Positions 16,142 to 25,771 of a stretch of 64,000 nucleotides of DNA are shown in pieces (within the stretch, counting starts at the first letter, position 1; the number at the start of each line of letters is the position of its first letter). The notes beneath the pieces were generated by a model. The model saw only the letters and a program-made list of their open reading frames with translations. It did no database searches and was not told where the DNA came from. The DNA is taken from the NCBI GenBank assembly GCA_964398485.1, contig CAYNMD010000001.1:5072-69071 (forward strand). Reading direction: 5' to 3'. The DNA comes from an uncultured Bdellovibrionales bacterium (GTDB lineage: Bacteria > Patescibacteriota > Minisyncoccia > Moranbacterales > UBA1568). A program made the position numbers and the translations under genes.

Positions 16142-18175
16142 ATGTCTTCTTTTGTTCTAAAGTCTTCGTGGCCACCAGCTGGGGATCAACCTCAAGCGAT
16201 CGCCTCTCTCATGCAGGGGCTCAATACAGGGCAACGTTTTCAGACACTTCTCGGAGTGACTGGATCAGGTAAGACATTTACCATGGCTAACTGTATAGCC
16301 AAGAGCCAGAAACCAGCCTTGGTCATTGCTCACAATAAAACCTTGGCAGCACAGCTTGCTCAAGAGTTTGAAGAATTTTTTCCTGATGCTGCGGTCCATT
16401 ACTTTGTTTCATACTATGATTTCTATCAGCCGGAGGCCTATGTACCAATTACGGATACCTACATAGAAAAAGATGCGTCGATCAATGAGGAGATTGATCG
16501 GTTGCGTCATGCCTCGACTCAGTCACTCCTTACGCGGCGTGATGTGATCATTGTCGCTTCAGTTTCTTGTATCTACGGTCTGGGGAGTCCTGAGGAGTAT
16601 CTCCGGGAAAATATGAAGCTAGCTGTCGGTGATTCAGTCACACGGCAGGACTTGATGCAGCGCCTCGTCTCTATTTTCTTCGAACGAACCAATGCTGATC
16701 TGACACCGGGCACCTTCCGTTCTATTGGCAATCGTCTAGAAATTATGCCGATCTCAGAAAAGATCCTGTACTCGATCGAGATCGGTGCCAATCGAATTGA
16801 GGCGATTACCAAAATTGATCCGGTTTCCCAAACTATTCTTGGCGAGGAGCAGTTCGTGTTCTTTTTTCCAGCCAAGCATTTTATTACAGACAAAGACAAA
16901 CAGGAGCGAGCGCTCGAAAATATCAGACTCGAACTCTCGGAACAGCTGAAGAAATTTGAACGTGAAGGAAAACTGCTGGAGGCAGAGCGGATCAAGCGAC
17001 GGACGCAGTATGATACTGCGATGATTGATGAGATTGGCTACTGTTCGGGAATCGAAAACTATTCTCGGCATCTTTCGGGGAAGGAGGCGGGTGAGCCGCC
17101 CGAAACACTTCTCTCCTATTTCCCTCATCTCCCAGATGGTACCCCAGATTTTCTCACGATTATCGATGAGTCTCATGTAACTTTGCCACAGCTTCGAGCG
17201 ATGTATAACGGTGACCAGGCGAGAAAGAAGACCTTGGTGGAATACGGATTCCGCCTGCCGAGCGCTTTGGACAATCGACCTCTTCGATACGAAGAGTTCC
17301 TCGAGCGAGTAGGGCCAGTGATGTTTACCTCGGCCACACCAGGTGAATATGAGCGTGAGGTGAGTGGCAATATTGTTGAACAGGTGATTCGCCCGACCGG
17401 ACTCATCGATCCAGAGCTCACTATTAAAGGAGTCAAGGCGACAGATGAATACCCTGGTCAAATCCAAGATTTTATTCACGAGGCTACACAAGAGATTGAG
17501 CGGGGTGGTCGCGTCATTGCCACGACACTGACCAAAAAGATGGCCGAAGACTTATCGCAGTACCTCAAGGATAAGGGAGTCAAGGCTGAATATCTTCATA
17601 GTGATGTGAAGACAATTGATCGAATCAAAATCCTCACCCAGTTTCGAAAAGGAGAATTTGACTGTCTGGTAGGGGTTAACCTCTTACGAGAGGGTCTTGA
17701 TCTTCCAGAGGTATCTTTCATTGGTGTCTTGGATGCTGACAAAGAGGGATTCCTCCGTTCAGAAACTTCTCTCATACAGATCATTGGACGAGCAGCGCGC
17801 AATGTTTTGGGAAGAGTGATCCTCTACGCTGATGTACTCACGGGATCAATCGATGCAGCGCTCAAGGAAACCAATCGTCGCCGAGAAAAACAGCTTGCCT
17901 ATAATAAGGAGCATGGTATTACGCCAAAGACGGTGCAGAAAAATATTCATGATATTACCGAGAGACTGCAGAGTGAACACGACAAAGCCGTGGCCATTTC
18001 ACTAGCGCTTGATGCCAAGGGTTTTGCCAAGAATCCCAATAAAATTATCAAAGCGAAAGAGCGAGAAATGAAGGCGGCTGTAAAGATTCTTGATTTTGAA
18101 ACAGCAGCAATTTTGCGCGATGAAATTCAGGCGCTTGAGGCCAAACTGGGTAAACGAAGAGAGAAAAAGTCATAG
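16142..18175 (+). CDS. uvrB: excinuclease ABC subunit B
   Basis: GVTGSGKTFTMAN Walker A, DESH box, beta-hairpin region, C-terminal UVR domain (ILRDEIQALE). Confidence 0.95.
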   Translation: MSSFVLKSSWPPAGDQPQAIASLMQGLNTGQRFQTLLGVTGSGKTFTMANCIAKSQKPALVIAHNKTLAAQLAQEFEEFFPDAAVHYFVSYYDFYQPEAYVPITDTYIEKDASINEEIDRLRHASTQSLLTRRDVIIVASVSCIYGLGSPEEYLRENMKLAVGDSVTRQDLMQRLVSIFFERTNADLTPGTFRSIGNRLEIMPISEKILYSIEIGANRIEAITKIDPVSQTILGEEQFVFFFPAKHFITDKDKQERALENIRLELSEQLKKFEREGKLLEAERIKRRTQYDTAMIDEIGYCSGIENYSRHLSGKEAGEPPETLLSYFPHLPDGTPDFLTIIDESHVTLPQLRAMYNGDQARKKTLVEYGFRLPSALDNRPLRYEEFLERVGPVMFTSATPGEYEREVSGNIVEQVIRPTGLIDPELTIKGVKATDEYPGQIQDFIHEATQEIERGGRVIATTLTKKMAEDLSQYLKDKGVKAEYLHSDVKTIDRIKILTQFRKGEFDCLVGVNLLREGLDLPEVSFIGVLDADKEGFLRSETSLIQIIGRAARNVLGRVILYADVLTGSIDAALKETNRRREKQLAYNKEHGITPKTVQKNIHDITERLQSEHDKAVAISLALDAKGFAKNPNKIIKAKEREMKAAVKILDFETAAILRDEIQALEAKLGKRREKKS

Positions 18176-18296
18176 AGGGATTTGCTGTGGTCAATTTTCT
18201 TGCAAAGCAGACCGAGAGTTTCTATACTAGAAAGGTATTTTTTCCTTTGGTCAAGAGAAAAATAATAACCAATAATTAAAATATATTTCAATTTAT

Positions 18297-18695
18297 ATGG
18301 ATACTACGCCAAATCCTTCCTCGGTACCATCAGGAGAGTCGGCTCCTGCCACGACGCTCGATACCAGTACTCATAAAATATTTGGTGTCCCGCGCCGAGC
18401 TATTGCGTTTGGGTTCGGACTTCTTTTGATGCTTATTGTTCTGGCAGTTCTATACGCTCAGTTCACTCGTCAGCCAATGCCAATGCCACAGGAGCCTATG
18501 GCTGGATCAAAAAATATGATGCCAAAAGAACAGCAGGTGATGGCGCCTCAGGGTCAATCTGCAGCAGCAACAGGAACCGTTACTCCTGATCAGGTTGCTG
18601 ACGATCTTATCGATGAGGCTTTATCAGATCGCGATGATCTTTCGGGATATGATGCTGATGAGATGGCTGATGTAGAGGATGGAAGTAATAATTAA
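18297..18695 (+). CDS. hypothetical membrane-anchored protein with Met/Pro-rich and acidic C-terminal segments
   Basis: TM helix AFGFGLLLMLIVLAVLYA; low complexity. Confidence 0.4.
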   Translation: MDTTPNPSSVPSGESAPATTLDTSTHKIFGVPRRAIAFGFGLLLMLIVLAVLYAQFTRQPMPMPQEPMAGSKNMMPKEQQVMAPQGQSAAATGTVTPDQVADDLIDEALSDRDDLSGYDADEMADVEDGSNN

Positions 18696-18708
18696 TTCAT
18701 GTACGCAT

Positions 18709-19587
18709 ATGACACTTCGATTTATCTCGATAGCGCTCCTGGCAATTGTGTTGGTGCTTCCAGTGGGAGCGTTGGCTGAATCCGGAGCCAATACCAATGC
18801 TACCAAGCGGGCAGAGGCAATGAAACAGAAAATGGAAGAACGCCAGGCTAAAACTGAGGCTCGTATTGAGGAGAGAACGGCTAAGATGGAAGAACGCCAG
18901 GCTGCTTGGGCTGAAAAAAAAGAAGAGATGCAAGAGAAACGGCAGGCTGCTTTTTGTGAGCGTTTTACAACGCGGATGGATGCTCGAGCGGATCGTATGG
19001 AGGAGCGAGCTAGTACTGTGAGTAGTAGGCTGAGTAATCGCTCTGAGCGACGCACTGATCGAAGGGATAACCGTGATGACCTTCTTGATGGAAAACGAGA
19101 TAGTCAGGATGAAAAGCGGACAGCGCTCTATGCTAAGTTAGAAGGCCAGGCTGATTCTGATGAGGAGAAAGCAGCAGTAGCAGACTTTAAAGAAGCTGTT
19201 GATAAGGCAGTAGCTACACGGCGAGCAGCGGTTGACGCAGCTATTAGTTCTTTTCGCTCGGGCGTGGATGCCCTGGTAGATGCTCGGAAGAATAGCGCTT
19301 CTGAAGTTTACGGTGATTTCAAAGAAGCAGCCGATGCGGCTGCTAGTCAGGCGAAATCTGATTGTGAAGCAGGAAAAAGTGTTGAAGAAGTACGCTCTGT
19401 CTATGAATCTGCCATGAAGACGGCTCGGGAAAAGCTCAAGGAAGACAAGAATGGTACGGATAAGATTCGTGATGATGTAGAGAAACTTGCCGAGGTCAAA
19501 AAGAGTGCTATTGAGAAGGCAATGAGTGATTTCAAGGCAGCTGTCGAGGCAGCTAGAGCTGATTTGAAAAAGGTTATGTCAGCCTAG
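18709..19587 (+). CDS. hypothetical secreted coiled-coil protein (Glu/Arg/Ala/Lys-rich)
   Basis: Signal peptide MTLRFISIALLAIVLVLPVGALA from the internal ATG; repetitive charged helical sequence. Confidence 0.45.
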   Translation: MTLRFISIALLAIVLVLPVGALAESGANTNATKRAEAMKQKMEERQAKTEARIEERTAKMEERQAAWAEKKEEMQEKRQAAFCERFTTRMDARADRMEERASTVSSRLSNRSERRTDRRDNRDDLLDGKRDSQDEKRTALYAKLEGQADSDEEKAAVADFKEAVDKAVATRRAAVDAAISSFRSGVDALVDARKNSASEVYGDFKEAADAAASQAKSDCEAGKSVEEVRSVYESAMKTAREKLKEDKNGTDKIRDDVEKLAEVKKSAIEKAMSDFKAAVEAARADLKKVMSA

Positions 19588-19613
19588 GTGTGATACTGAC
19601 CATTTCTGAGTAG

Positions 19614-19645
19614 AAAACCCCCTCGTTCGAGGGGTTTTTCTTTTT
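19614..19645 (+). terminator. rho-independent terminator
   Basis: AAAACCCCCTCG-TTC-CGAGGGGTTTTTCTTTTTC directly after the stop at 19587. Confidence 0.6.
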
Positions 19646-19675
19646 CTTTCTTTTCCAGATGATATACTGAGTTTT

Positions 19676-20635
19676 ATGGAGCATAGATACAAATGGATTA
19701 TAGTGGGAGTGGTTGGATGTGTCCTGGTGGGCAGTTTGACTTTTTGGTTTTCTGTATCGAAAAAGACAGTGGACACCCCAGATGTTTTTGGTGAAGGGGA
19801 CGCGGAGGAATTTGCCGAGATCCCACAAGGAGATTTCGGAGCAGCATTGGAAGCTATGCCGACGATTCTGAATTTTTCGGATCTGGCTCAGGGAGAGCTT
19901 CAGGCAGATGCTGAGGCCGAGCTTGCTCTGTTTGATGAGCGGATGATGCAGCCTCTTAAAGAGCTAATACTGTTTGCTGAGGCGGTTCAGGTTGGCCTGG
20001 AACAAAACAAATATCAATGGTGCTCAATATATCATTCACTGGAGGGTCGTTATGCATTACCAGCTGAATCGTCAGAGATGGTCTTGGCAGCCTATCGGGA
20101 GCAGATGGAGAGTGAACGATCAATACGAGCAGAGGAGCGACTCGCCAAGCGATATGCGGACTGGAATATGTGGCTGCTACGTTTGGCTGAAGCAAGTGTC
20201 GATAAGAAAAAGATTAAGAAATCAGTTGAAGAGCTGCAAGAAGATTTCAATGATATAACAGATGCCTATGATGCAGTGCTCCTCAGTGAACGAGAAAGAA
20301 TGTTTGAAGGAATTGATAAACAAATACTCAGTTATCCTGAGAGGCTGAGTTGGCCACGAATGCTTTATAGTAAACTCGACCTCTCTTTGCCAGAGAAGTC
20401 AGCGGTGTGTACTGAAAATTGGCCAATTGATGCTGGAGAAGTCCAACAGCTCAAAAGCCGAGTTATTTCCTGGCGAGCGCTCTTGAAGCGGGCTTTGGTA
20501 GATGCAGAAGAGATGCGTTTATCGATTGAACAATTTTCTAAAGGAGGGAATAGTGCTTTTCAGAAAGAGCTTGTTACTTTGAACGGAGAATTAGAGAAGA
20601 TAGTATCTCAGTTTCAATTACGGATGAAGGAGTAA
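19676..20635 (+). CDS. hypothetical membrane-anchored protein
   Basis: N-terminal TM (WIIVGVVGCVLVGSLTFWF), acidic helical remainder. Confidence 0.45.
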   Translation: MEHRYKWIIVGVVGCVLVGSLTFWFSVSKKTVDTPDVFGEGDAEEFAEIPQGDFGAALEAMPTILNFSDLAQGELQADAEAELALFDERMMQPLKELILFAEAVQVGLEQNKYQWCSIYHSLEGRYALPAESSEMVLAAYREQMESERSIRAEERLAKRYADWNMWLLRLAEASVDKKKIKKSVEELQEDFNDITDAYDAVLLSERERMFEGIDKQILSYPERLSWPRMLYSKLDLSLPEKSAVCTENWPIDAGEVQQLKSRVISWRALLKRALVDAEEMRLSIEQFSKGGNSAFQKELVTLNGELEKIVSQFQLRMKE

Positions 20636-20639
20636 ATTC

Positions 20640-20954
20640 ATGGCATCATCTTCACAGACAAAGCAAAGTTCTTTTCGTGAACGAGTATACGATATTGTCG
20701 CCCAGATCAGAAAAGGGAGCGTGCTTACGTATGGCGAAGTTGCAAAGCGGGCGGGAAGACCTGGAGCGGCCAGGGCAGTGGGTACGGCGATGAAAGAAAA
20801 TCCTTATCCAAAACGTGTACCGTGTCATCGGGTTGTCCGAGCTGATGGTAGTATTGGTGAATACGCCTTTGGTGGTCCCAAGGTTAAACTGAGGAAACTT
20901 CAATCCGAAGGGGTGCCTTTTTTGAATGCTGACCGAGTACAGATAGGTGTCTAA
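20640..20954 (+). CDS. MGMT-family protein (methylated-DNA-protein-cysteine methyltransferase, DNA-binding/active-site domain only)
   Basis: 104 aa; YGEVA...G...ARAVG.A...NP....VPCHRVV..DGS.GEY.FGG; active-site PCHRV retained; no N-terminal domain. Confidence 0.75.
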   Translation: MASSSQTKQSSFRERVYDIVAQIRKGSVLTYGEVAKRAGRPGAARAVGTAMKENPYPKRVPCHRVVRADGSIGEYAFGGPKVKLRKLQSEGVPFLNADRVQIGV

Positions 20955-21004
20955 GCTTGAAAGCTGATGGTATTTGTGGTACTATCAGAACTTGTATATT
21001 TTTT

Positions 21005-23593
21005 ATGACAGAGAAGAAAAAAGGTACTAGAAAAAGCATTGAACCAATAGATGAAATTATCGTCAAAGGGGCTCGGACGCATAATCTCAAAAATATTACC
21101 GTTTCGATGCCACGTAATAAGATGGTGGTGTTTACGGGACTTTCCGGATCAGGGAAGTCATCGCTTGCTTTTGACACCATTTTTGCTGAGGGACAAAGGC
21201 GGTATGTCGAAAGTCTTTCGGCCTACGCTCGGCAATTTCTCAACACCATGCAGAAGCCAGATGTGGATGAAATTGTGGGGCTTTCGCCAGCTATTTCTAT
21301 TGATCAGAAATCAGCGAGTCGGAATCCTCGTTCTACCGTAGCTACCGTAACGGAAATATATGACTATCTGCGAGTCCTCTATGCTCGGCTCGGGCGGCCA
21401 CATTGTCTCGAATGTGGACGGGAAATTAGCAAACTCTCGAGCGAGGAGATGCTTGAGGTGGTCAAAGAAAAAGTCCATGCACTGCTTAAGGATCCCAAGA
21501 AACAAGATCTGCCGGTAATGGTCCTGGCGCCGGTGGTGCGAGGGCGTAAAGGGGAGTACTATCAAATGCTGTACCATGCGCTTGGTCGTGGGTTTACCTC
21601 TATCTATCTTGATGGAGCAAGGAAGAGTCTCCGTGAACAGGTGGTCCTCAAGAAAAATTTCAAACACAATATTGATCTCGTGGTCGACGAATTTTTGGCT
21701 CGTGATTTTAAGCAGTATCAGGCTGATACCGAAGTACGTCTCTCGGAATCAGTTCAGCGAGCACTTGAAGAGGCAGAGAATATCGTCAAAATTCGAATTG
21801 GGGAAGAAGAGTTTCTTCTCTCAGCCAAGTTTACTTGTCCGTATGATGGGTTCTCCTATCCCGAAGTAGAACCGAGACTGTTTTCTTTCAATTCTCCGTA
21901 TGGAGCCTGTCAGGCTTGTAATGGTCTTGGGACCAAGCATTTTTTTGGCGATGAGCCCTGTGAAGTATGTAATGGGACTAGACTAAGGGAAGAGGCCCAA
22001 CACATTCTTGTAGGTGGCAAGAACGTTATTGATCTTACTCGACTGACGACAGAGGCAGCCTATGACTTTTTTATTGAGCTCGATCTTACTGAACGGGAAA
22101 AACAGATTGCGGCGGTGGTCCTCCGTGAGATCGAGAGTAGACTGCAGTTCCTCCTCAATGTTGGTCTCAATTATCTCACTCTTGATCGACGTGCTAATAC
22201 GCTGTCTGGTGGTGAGGCCCAGCGCATTCGTCTCGCGAGTCAGCTTGGGTCACAACTGGTAGGAGCACTCTATGTGCTGGATGAACCAACTATTGGTCTT
22301 CATCAAAGAGATAATCAGCGACTTATCAAGACTCTCGAGGCTCTCAGGGATCTTGGTAATACGATTATTGTTGTTGAACATGATGAGGATACTATTTTTG
22401 CTTCCGACTATATCGTAGATATTGGTCCTGGGGCAGGAGTGCATGGAGGTGAGGTGGTAGTGGCGGGAGATTTGGAGACACTCCTCACTGCGAAAAAAAA
22501 TACTTCTGGTTCGCTGACACTGGCGTATCTCCGTGGTGAAGAAAAAATTCCTGTACCAGAACGGCGTACGAAGGATAAGGGGACAATTCGGATCCGGGGT
22601 GGCCGAGTTTTCAATATCAAGAATCTGAGTGTTGATGTCCCCCTGGGCCGATTTATAACCGTAACGGGAGTATCAGGATCAGGAAAATCTTCTTTCTTAT
22701 ACGAAATTCTCCATAAGAATTTACAGGCACGTTTTGATCGACGGTATAAATCCAATCGAGTGGAAAATTGCGACAGCATCACTGGGACGGAATACCTCTC
22801 ACGAGTAGTGATGATTGATCAGAGTCCGATTGGTCGCACCCCACGGTCCAATCCTGCTACTTATACCGGTGCCTTTGGCCACATTCGTGACCTGTTTGCG
22901 GCCACCGAAGAGGCAAGGGTCCGCGGCTGGAAACCAGGACGATTTTCCTTTAACCGCCCAGGGGGACGCTGTGAAACGTGTGAGGGCAATGGTTTTATAG
23001 CGGTCGAGATGCACTTTCTTCCAACGGTATATGTGCCATGTGATGTGTGTGATGGGAAGCGTTTTACCAAAGAGACACTGGAGGTGACTTACAAGGACAA
23101 GAATATTCACCAGGTGCTTGCTATGACGATCGAGGAAGCGTATCAATTTTTCTATGATATTCCAGCGATTGCCGATCGACTCAAGACACTCAATGAAGTT
23201 GGTCTCGGGTACCTTGAACTTGGTCAATCAGCGACGACACTTTCGGGTGGTGAAGCACAACGAGTAAAGATTGCGAGCGAACTCTATCGCCAGTCAACAG
23301 AACGAACGATCTATCTTTTGGATGAACCTACTATTGGTCTTCACTACGCTGATGTTCGAAAGCTCATTGAGATTCTCGATCGGTTGGTAGTTAAGGGCAA
23401 TACAGTGATGGTGATTGAGCACAATATGGATCTTATTAAGAGTGCTGATTATATTATTGATATTGGTCCAGAAGGAGGAGTGGGGGGTGGAAAGCTTGTC
23501 GCGAGTGGCACGCCTGAGGAAGTTGCTAAAGCACCTGGTTCACATACAGGGGAATATCTCAAAAAAGTGTTACGAGCGAGCCAGTCGAAATAG
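21005..23593 (+). CDS. uvrA: excinuclease ABC subunit A
   Basis: Two ABC modules ([18 protein letters not shown]; LSGGEAQR x2), zinc-finger Cys clusters, UvrB-binding-like segment ([14 protein letters not shown]); the tool ORF starts at an upstream TTG (20957), ATG at 21005 preferred. Confidence 0.9.
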   Translation: MTEKKKGTRKSIEPIDEIIVKGARTHNLKNITVSMPRNKMVVFTGLSGSGKSSLAFDTIFAEGQRRYVESLSAYARQFLNTMQKPDVDEIVGLSPAISIDQKSASRNPRSTVATVTEIYDYLRVLYARLGRPHCLECGREISKLSSEEMLEVVKEKVHALLKDPKKQDLPVMVLAPVVRGRKGEYYQMLYHALGRGFTSIYLDGARKSLREQVVLKKNFKHNIDLVVDEFLARDFKQYQADTEVRLSESVQRALEEAENIVKIRIGEEEFLLSAKFTCPYDGFSYPEVEPRLFSFNSPYGACQACNGLGTKHFFGDEPCEVCNGTRLREEAQHILVGGKNVIDLTRLTTEAAYDFFIELDLTEREKQIAAVVLREIESRLQFLLNVGLNYLTLDRRANTLSGGEAQRIRLASQLGSQLVGALYVLDEPTIGLHQRDNQRLIKTLEALRDLGNTIIVVEHDEDTIFASDYIVDIGPGAGVHGGEVVVAGDLETLLTAKKNTSGSLTLAYLRGEEKIPVPERRTKDKGTIRIRGGRVFNIKNLSVDVPLGRFITVTGVSGSGKSSFLYEILHKNLQARFDRRYKSNRVENCDSITGTEYLSRVVMIDQSPIGRTPRSNPATYTGAFGHIRDLFAATEEARVRGWKPGRFSFNRPGGRCETCEGNGFIAVEMHFLPTVYVPCDVCDGKRFTKETLEVTYKDKNIHQVLAMTIEEAYQFFYDIPAIADRLKTLNEVGLGYLELGQSATTLSGGEAQRVKIASELYRQSTERTIYLLDEPTIGLHYADVRKLIEILDRLVVKGNTVMVIEHNMDLIKSADYIIDIGPEGGVGGGKLVASGTPEEVAKAPGSHTGEYLKKVLRASQSK

Positions 23594-23658
23594 CTGTTGC
23601 CTTCCTTTATAGGGAGACAGCCATGATACTATAGGAAAGGAAATCCTTTCTAGAGGGT

Positions 23659-24393
23659 TTGGTTACCAGAAGCGATATGTATATAAAAGTGGAAAATTTC
23701 TGGTCTCTTCTACTTCGGCCGGGACGTGCAGTCTCTGTTCCTGACGGAACTCTTGAAGCACTAAAATGGCTAGCTTTGGCCTCCATGTTTTATGATCATG
23801 GTGTGCGCTTGCTTGGGGCAGGAGGAACAGTTGGTAATGCAACTTCTTTTGGAAGACTTGCTTTCCCGCTGTTTGCGTTTATTATTGCCTATAATTTGTC
23901 ACGAGCTGGATCTGGGCGAGCGGTGTATGAGAGAACGATAAAACGACTGATCTCTTTTGGGCTATTATCTTTGCCAGTCACGTACTATTTTTTTGGGGCA
24001 GAATTTTTGAACATTCTTTTTACCTTCGCCTTGGCCATAGGGATTGTTTGGTTGTTGGAGGGATGGCGCTCTTGGTGGAGAGTATTACTCGCAGCAGGAA
24101 TTCTTGGATTCAGTCCTTGGGTGGAATATGGTTTCCCTGGCGTACTCCTTATTCTTAGTTTTTTTGCTTGGCAACGTTTCGGATTACGTATCCCCGTGAT
24201 CTTTTTTTTGGTTGGGGCGTTTTCACTACTGAATATGGCTAATGGAAGCTTCTGGGCTCTTGCCGTGTTACCAATTATTTGGTTGGCTTCGGTGATAAGT
24301 CTAGATATTAAACGATCAAAGTGGCTTTTTTATGTTGTTTACCCTTTGCATCTGTGGATACTGATGGGAATTCATTGGTTTTTTGCACGGTAG
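23659..24393 (+). CDS. polytopic membrane protein, TraX-family-like
   Basis: LKWLALASMFYDHGV near the N-terminus resembles the TraX LK.IA..M..DH motif; about 7 TM. Confidence 0.4.
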   Translation: MVTRSDMYIKVENFWSLLLRPGRAVSVPDGTLEALKWLALASMFYDHGVRLLGAGGTVGNATSFGRLAFPLFAFIIAYNLSRAGSGRAVYERTIKRLISFGLLSLPVTYYFFGAEFLNILFTFALAIGIVWLLEGWRSWWRVLLAAGILGFSPWVEYGFPGVLLILSFFAWQRFGLRIPVIFFLVGAFSLLNMANGSFWALAVLPIIWLASVISLDIKRSKWLFYVVYPLHLWILMGIHWFFAR

Positions 24394-24421
24394 ACTCAAT
24401 ATAAATGTTTGACTTGAAGAT

Positions 24422-24925
24422 ATGAAAACTATTCTGGTTCGTGATCGTATGCAGCAAGGCTACAGCTATACTTGTACCGAACCAGTAGGGAAAAATTTTC
24501 GGGATGATTTCAAGCCAGATCTCACACCACAGGAGATGCTCGCTCTCGGGGTATTTGGCGGGAAATATATGACTGACTGTCAGAAAGAATTTCCCAAAGA
24601 ATGGTTTTCCAAAGCCAAACTCTCACCAGAAAAATCTGATCCAAAAATCAATTATTTTGGGGTCGCTGCCTCACAGCCACTCTCGGTGTGGCAGACCAAA
24701 GGCTGGATTTACCAGGATGATCCACGTGGCTGGTTTCAGTGGTACTGCCGTTACTATATGGGGAGGCGTTTACCAGAGGAGGATGATCGGCAAATCAAGC
24801 GCTGGCAGGCTATCAGGCGGCATGTAGCACAAATAGTTCACCATTGTCGCCGTGGTGACCTACACTGTCGTCCACGCCAACGTCAGGCATTACTTCACTG
24901 GGCGTATGACAGTCGAAATCTTTAA
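24422..24925 (+). CDS. hypothetical protein (Trp/Tyr-rich, Cys/His-rich C-terminus)
   Basis: 167-aa ORF with good coding character; no domain assigned with confidence. Confidence 0.4.
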   Translation: MKTILVRDRMQQGYSYTCTEPVGKNFRDDFKPDLTPQEMLALGVFGGKYMTDCQKEFPKEWFSKAKLSPEKSDPKINYFGVAASQPLSVWQTKGWIYQDDPRGWFQWYCRYYMGRRLPEEDDRQIKRWQAIRRHVAQIVHHCRRGDLHCRPRQRQALLHWAYDSRNL

Positions 24926-24936
24926 AAGACTCTAGA

Positions 24937-25224
24937 CTAGTTATTATGAAAGCCTGGTCTGCGACGATCAGCATCGTCCTCTTCCCTTTCTTCAGCTAGA
25001 AGAGCATCTCGTTCTCGCTCCGAATTGAGGATAGCTTGAATGATGCTTTCACGGTCGTATTCCCCATTTTGTAATACGTATCTTCCTGGCTTGAGAGGCA
25101 CCCTTACCCTTTCAGTGTATGCAGCCAAAAGCTCGTTGTCCGGAAGTTGTCTATAAGTATCTTCCGGAGTGGCATCAAAATTGAGTGAGAGCTGTTCGTG
25201 TCTGGGGAGTTGTTCTAGATTCAT
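24937..25224 (-). CDS. hypothetical acidic protein
   Basis: 95-aa ORF convergent with the previous gene; weak RBS. Confidence 0.25.
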   Translation of the reverse strand: MNLEQLPRHEQLSLNFDATPEDTYRQLPDNELLAAYTERVRVPLKPGRYVLQNGEYDRESIIQAILNSERERDALLAEEREEDDADRRRPGFHNN

Positions 25225-25313
25225 AAAGGTAATAAAAATCAGTACTTACACTCTGAGTATATCATTTGAAAAACGGATAAAAAAGAAGCCCTGAGTACTA
25301 ATTATTCTGGTGG

Positions 25314-25766
25314 TTACTCTAGTAAATCTTCGGTTACCCTAACCTGGCAAGCTTTACGGAGGCTCTTGTCGGTGATGGCGTCACAGCCGGAGAGATTCCC
25401 TTCTTTGATAGCCGTATCTTTTTGCTCAATATCTTTTGATAGATTGGGATCGGTGAGTGTGGGAGCGGAGGTAGCGGGATCAGGTGAGAGTCCGCAGACA
25501 TTTTGACAGTATACATACTGATCAGGTGATGCCTCAAAAGCGGCGCACTCATTAGTACAGTCTATGGGGAGAATTTCGACAAAAGACGGAGAGGTCAAGG
25601 TTGGTGTGGTGGTCTCTTCTGAGGGATCTTCTTTGGTACTTTCCAGCTTATTCTCTTGGTTCTTTTGTTCAAAAACAGTCCTGCCTTCTTGTTGCAGGGT
25701 AAGGAAGATAATTCCCCCCAAAGTTAAACAGCTAATGAGAGTTAGCCAAAGAGCTGAGCGATGCAT
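25314..25766 (-). CDS. hypothetical membrane-anchored Cys-containing protein
   Basis: N-terminal TM (LWLTLISCLTLGGIIFL); immediately downstream of the SpoIID-like gene on the same strand. Confidence 0.4.
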   Translation of the reverse strand: MHRSALWLTLISCLTLGGIIFLTLQQEGRTVFEQKNQENKLESTKEDPSEETTTPTLTSPSFVEILPIDCTNECAAFEASPDQYVYCQNVCGLSPDPATSAPTLTDPNLSKDIEQKDTAIKEGNLSGCDAITDKSLRKACQVRVTEDLLE

Positions 25767-25771
25767 AGGTA

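Noticed and set aside
16085-21004. SOS (LexA/Cheo-box) operators upstream of uvrB and uvrA
   Set aside because: No CTGT-N8-ACAG or GAAC-N4-GTTC palindromes found by eye in the upstream regions.
20935-21010. Apparent 1-nt discrepancy between the printed sequence and the ORF track at the MGMT/uvrA junction
   Set aside because: Hand translation of the printed bases suggested an extra C near 20940 and one fewer T near 21000 relative to the ORF coordinates. This cannot be resolved without recomputation, so it is treated as a reading error on my side. Coordinates here follow the ORF track, and hand-counted features elsewhere may be off by +/-1.
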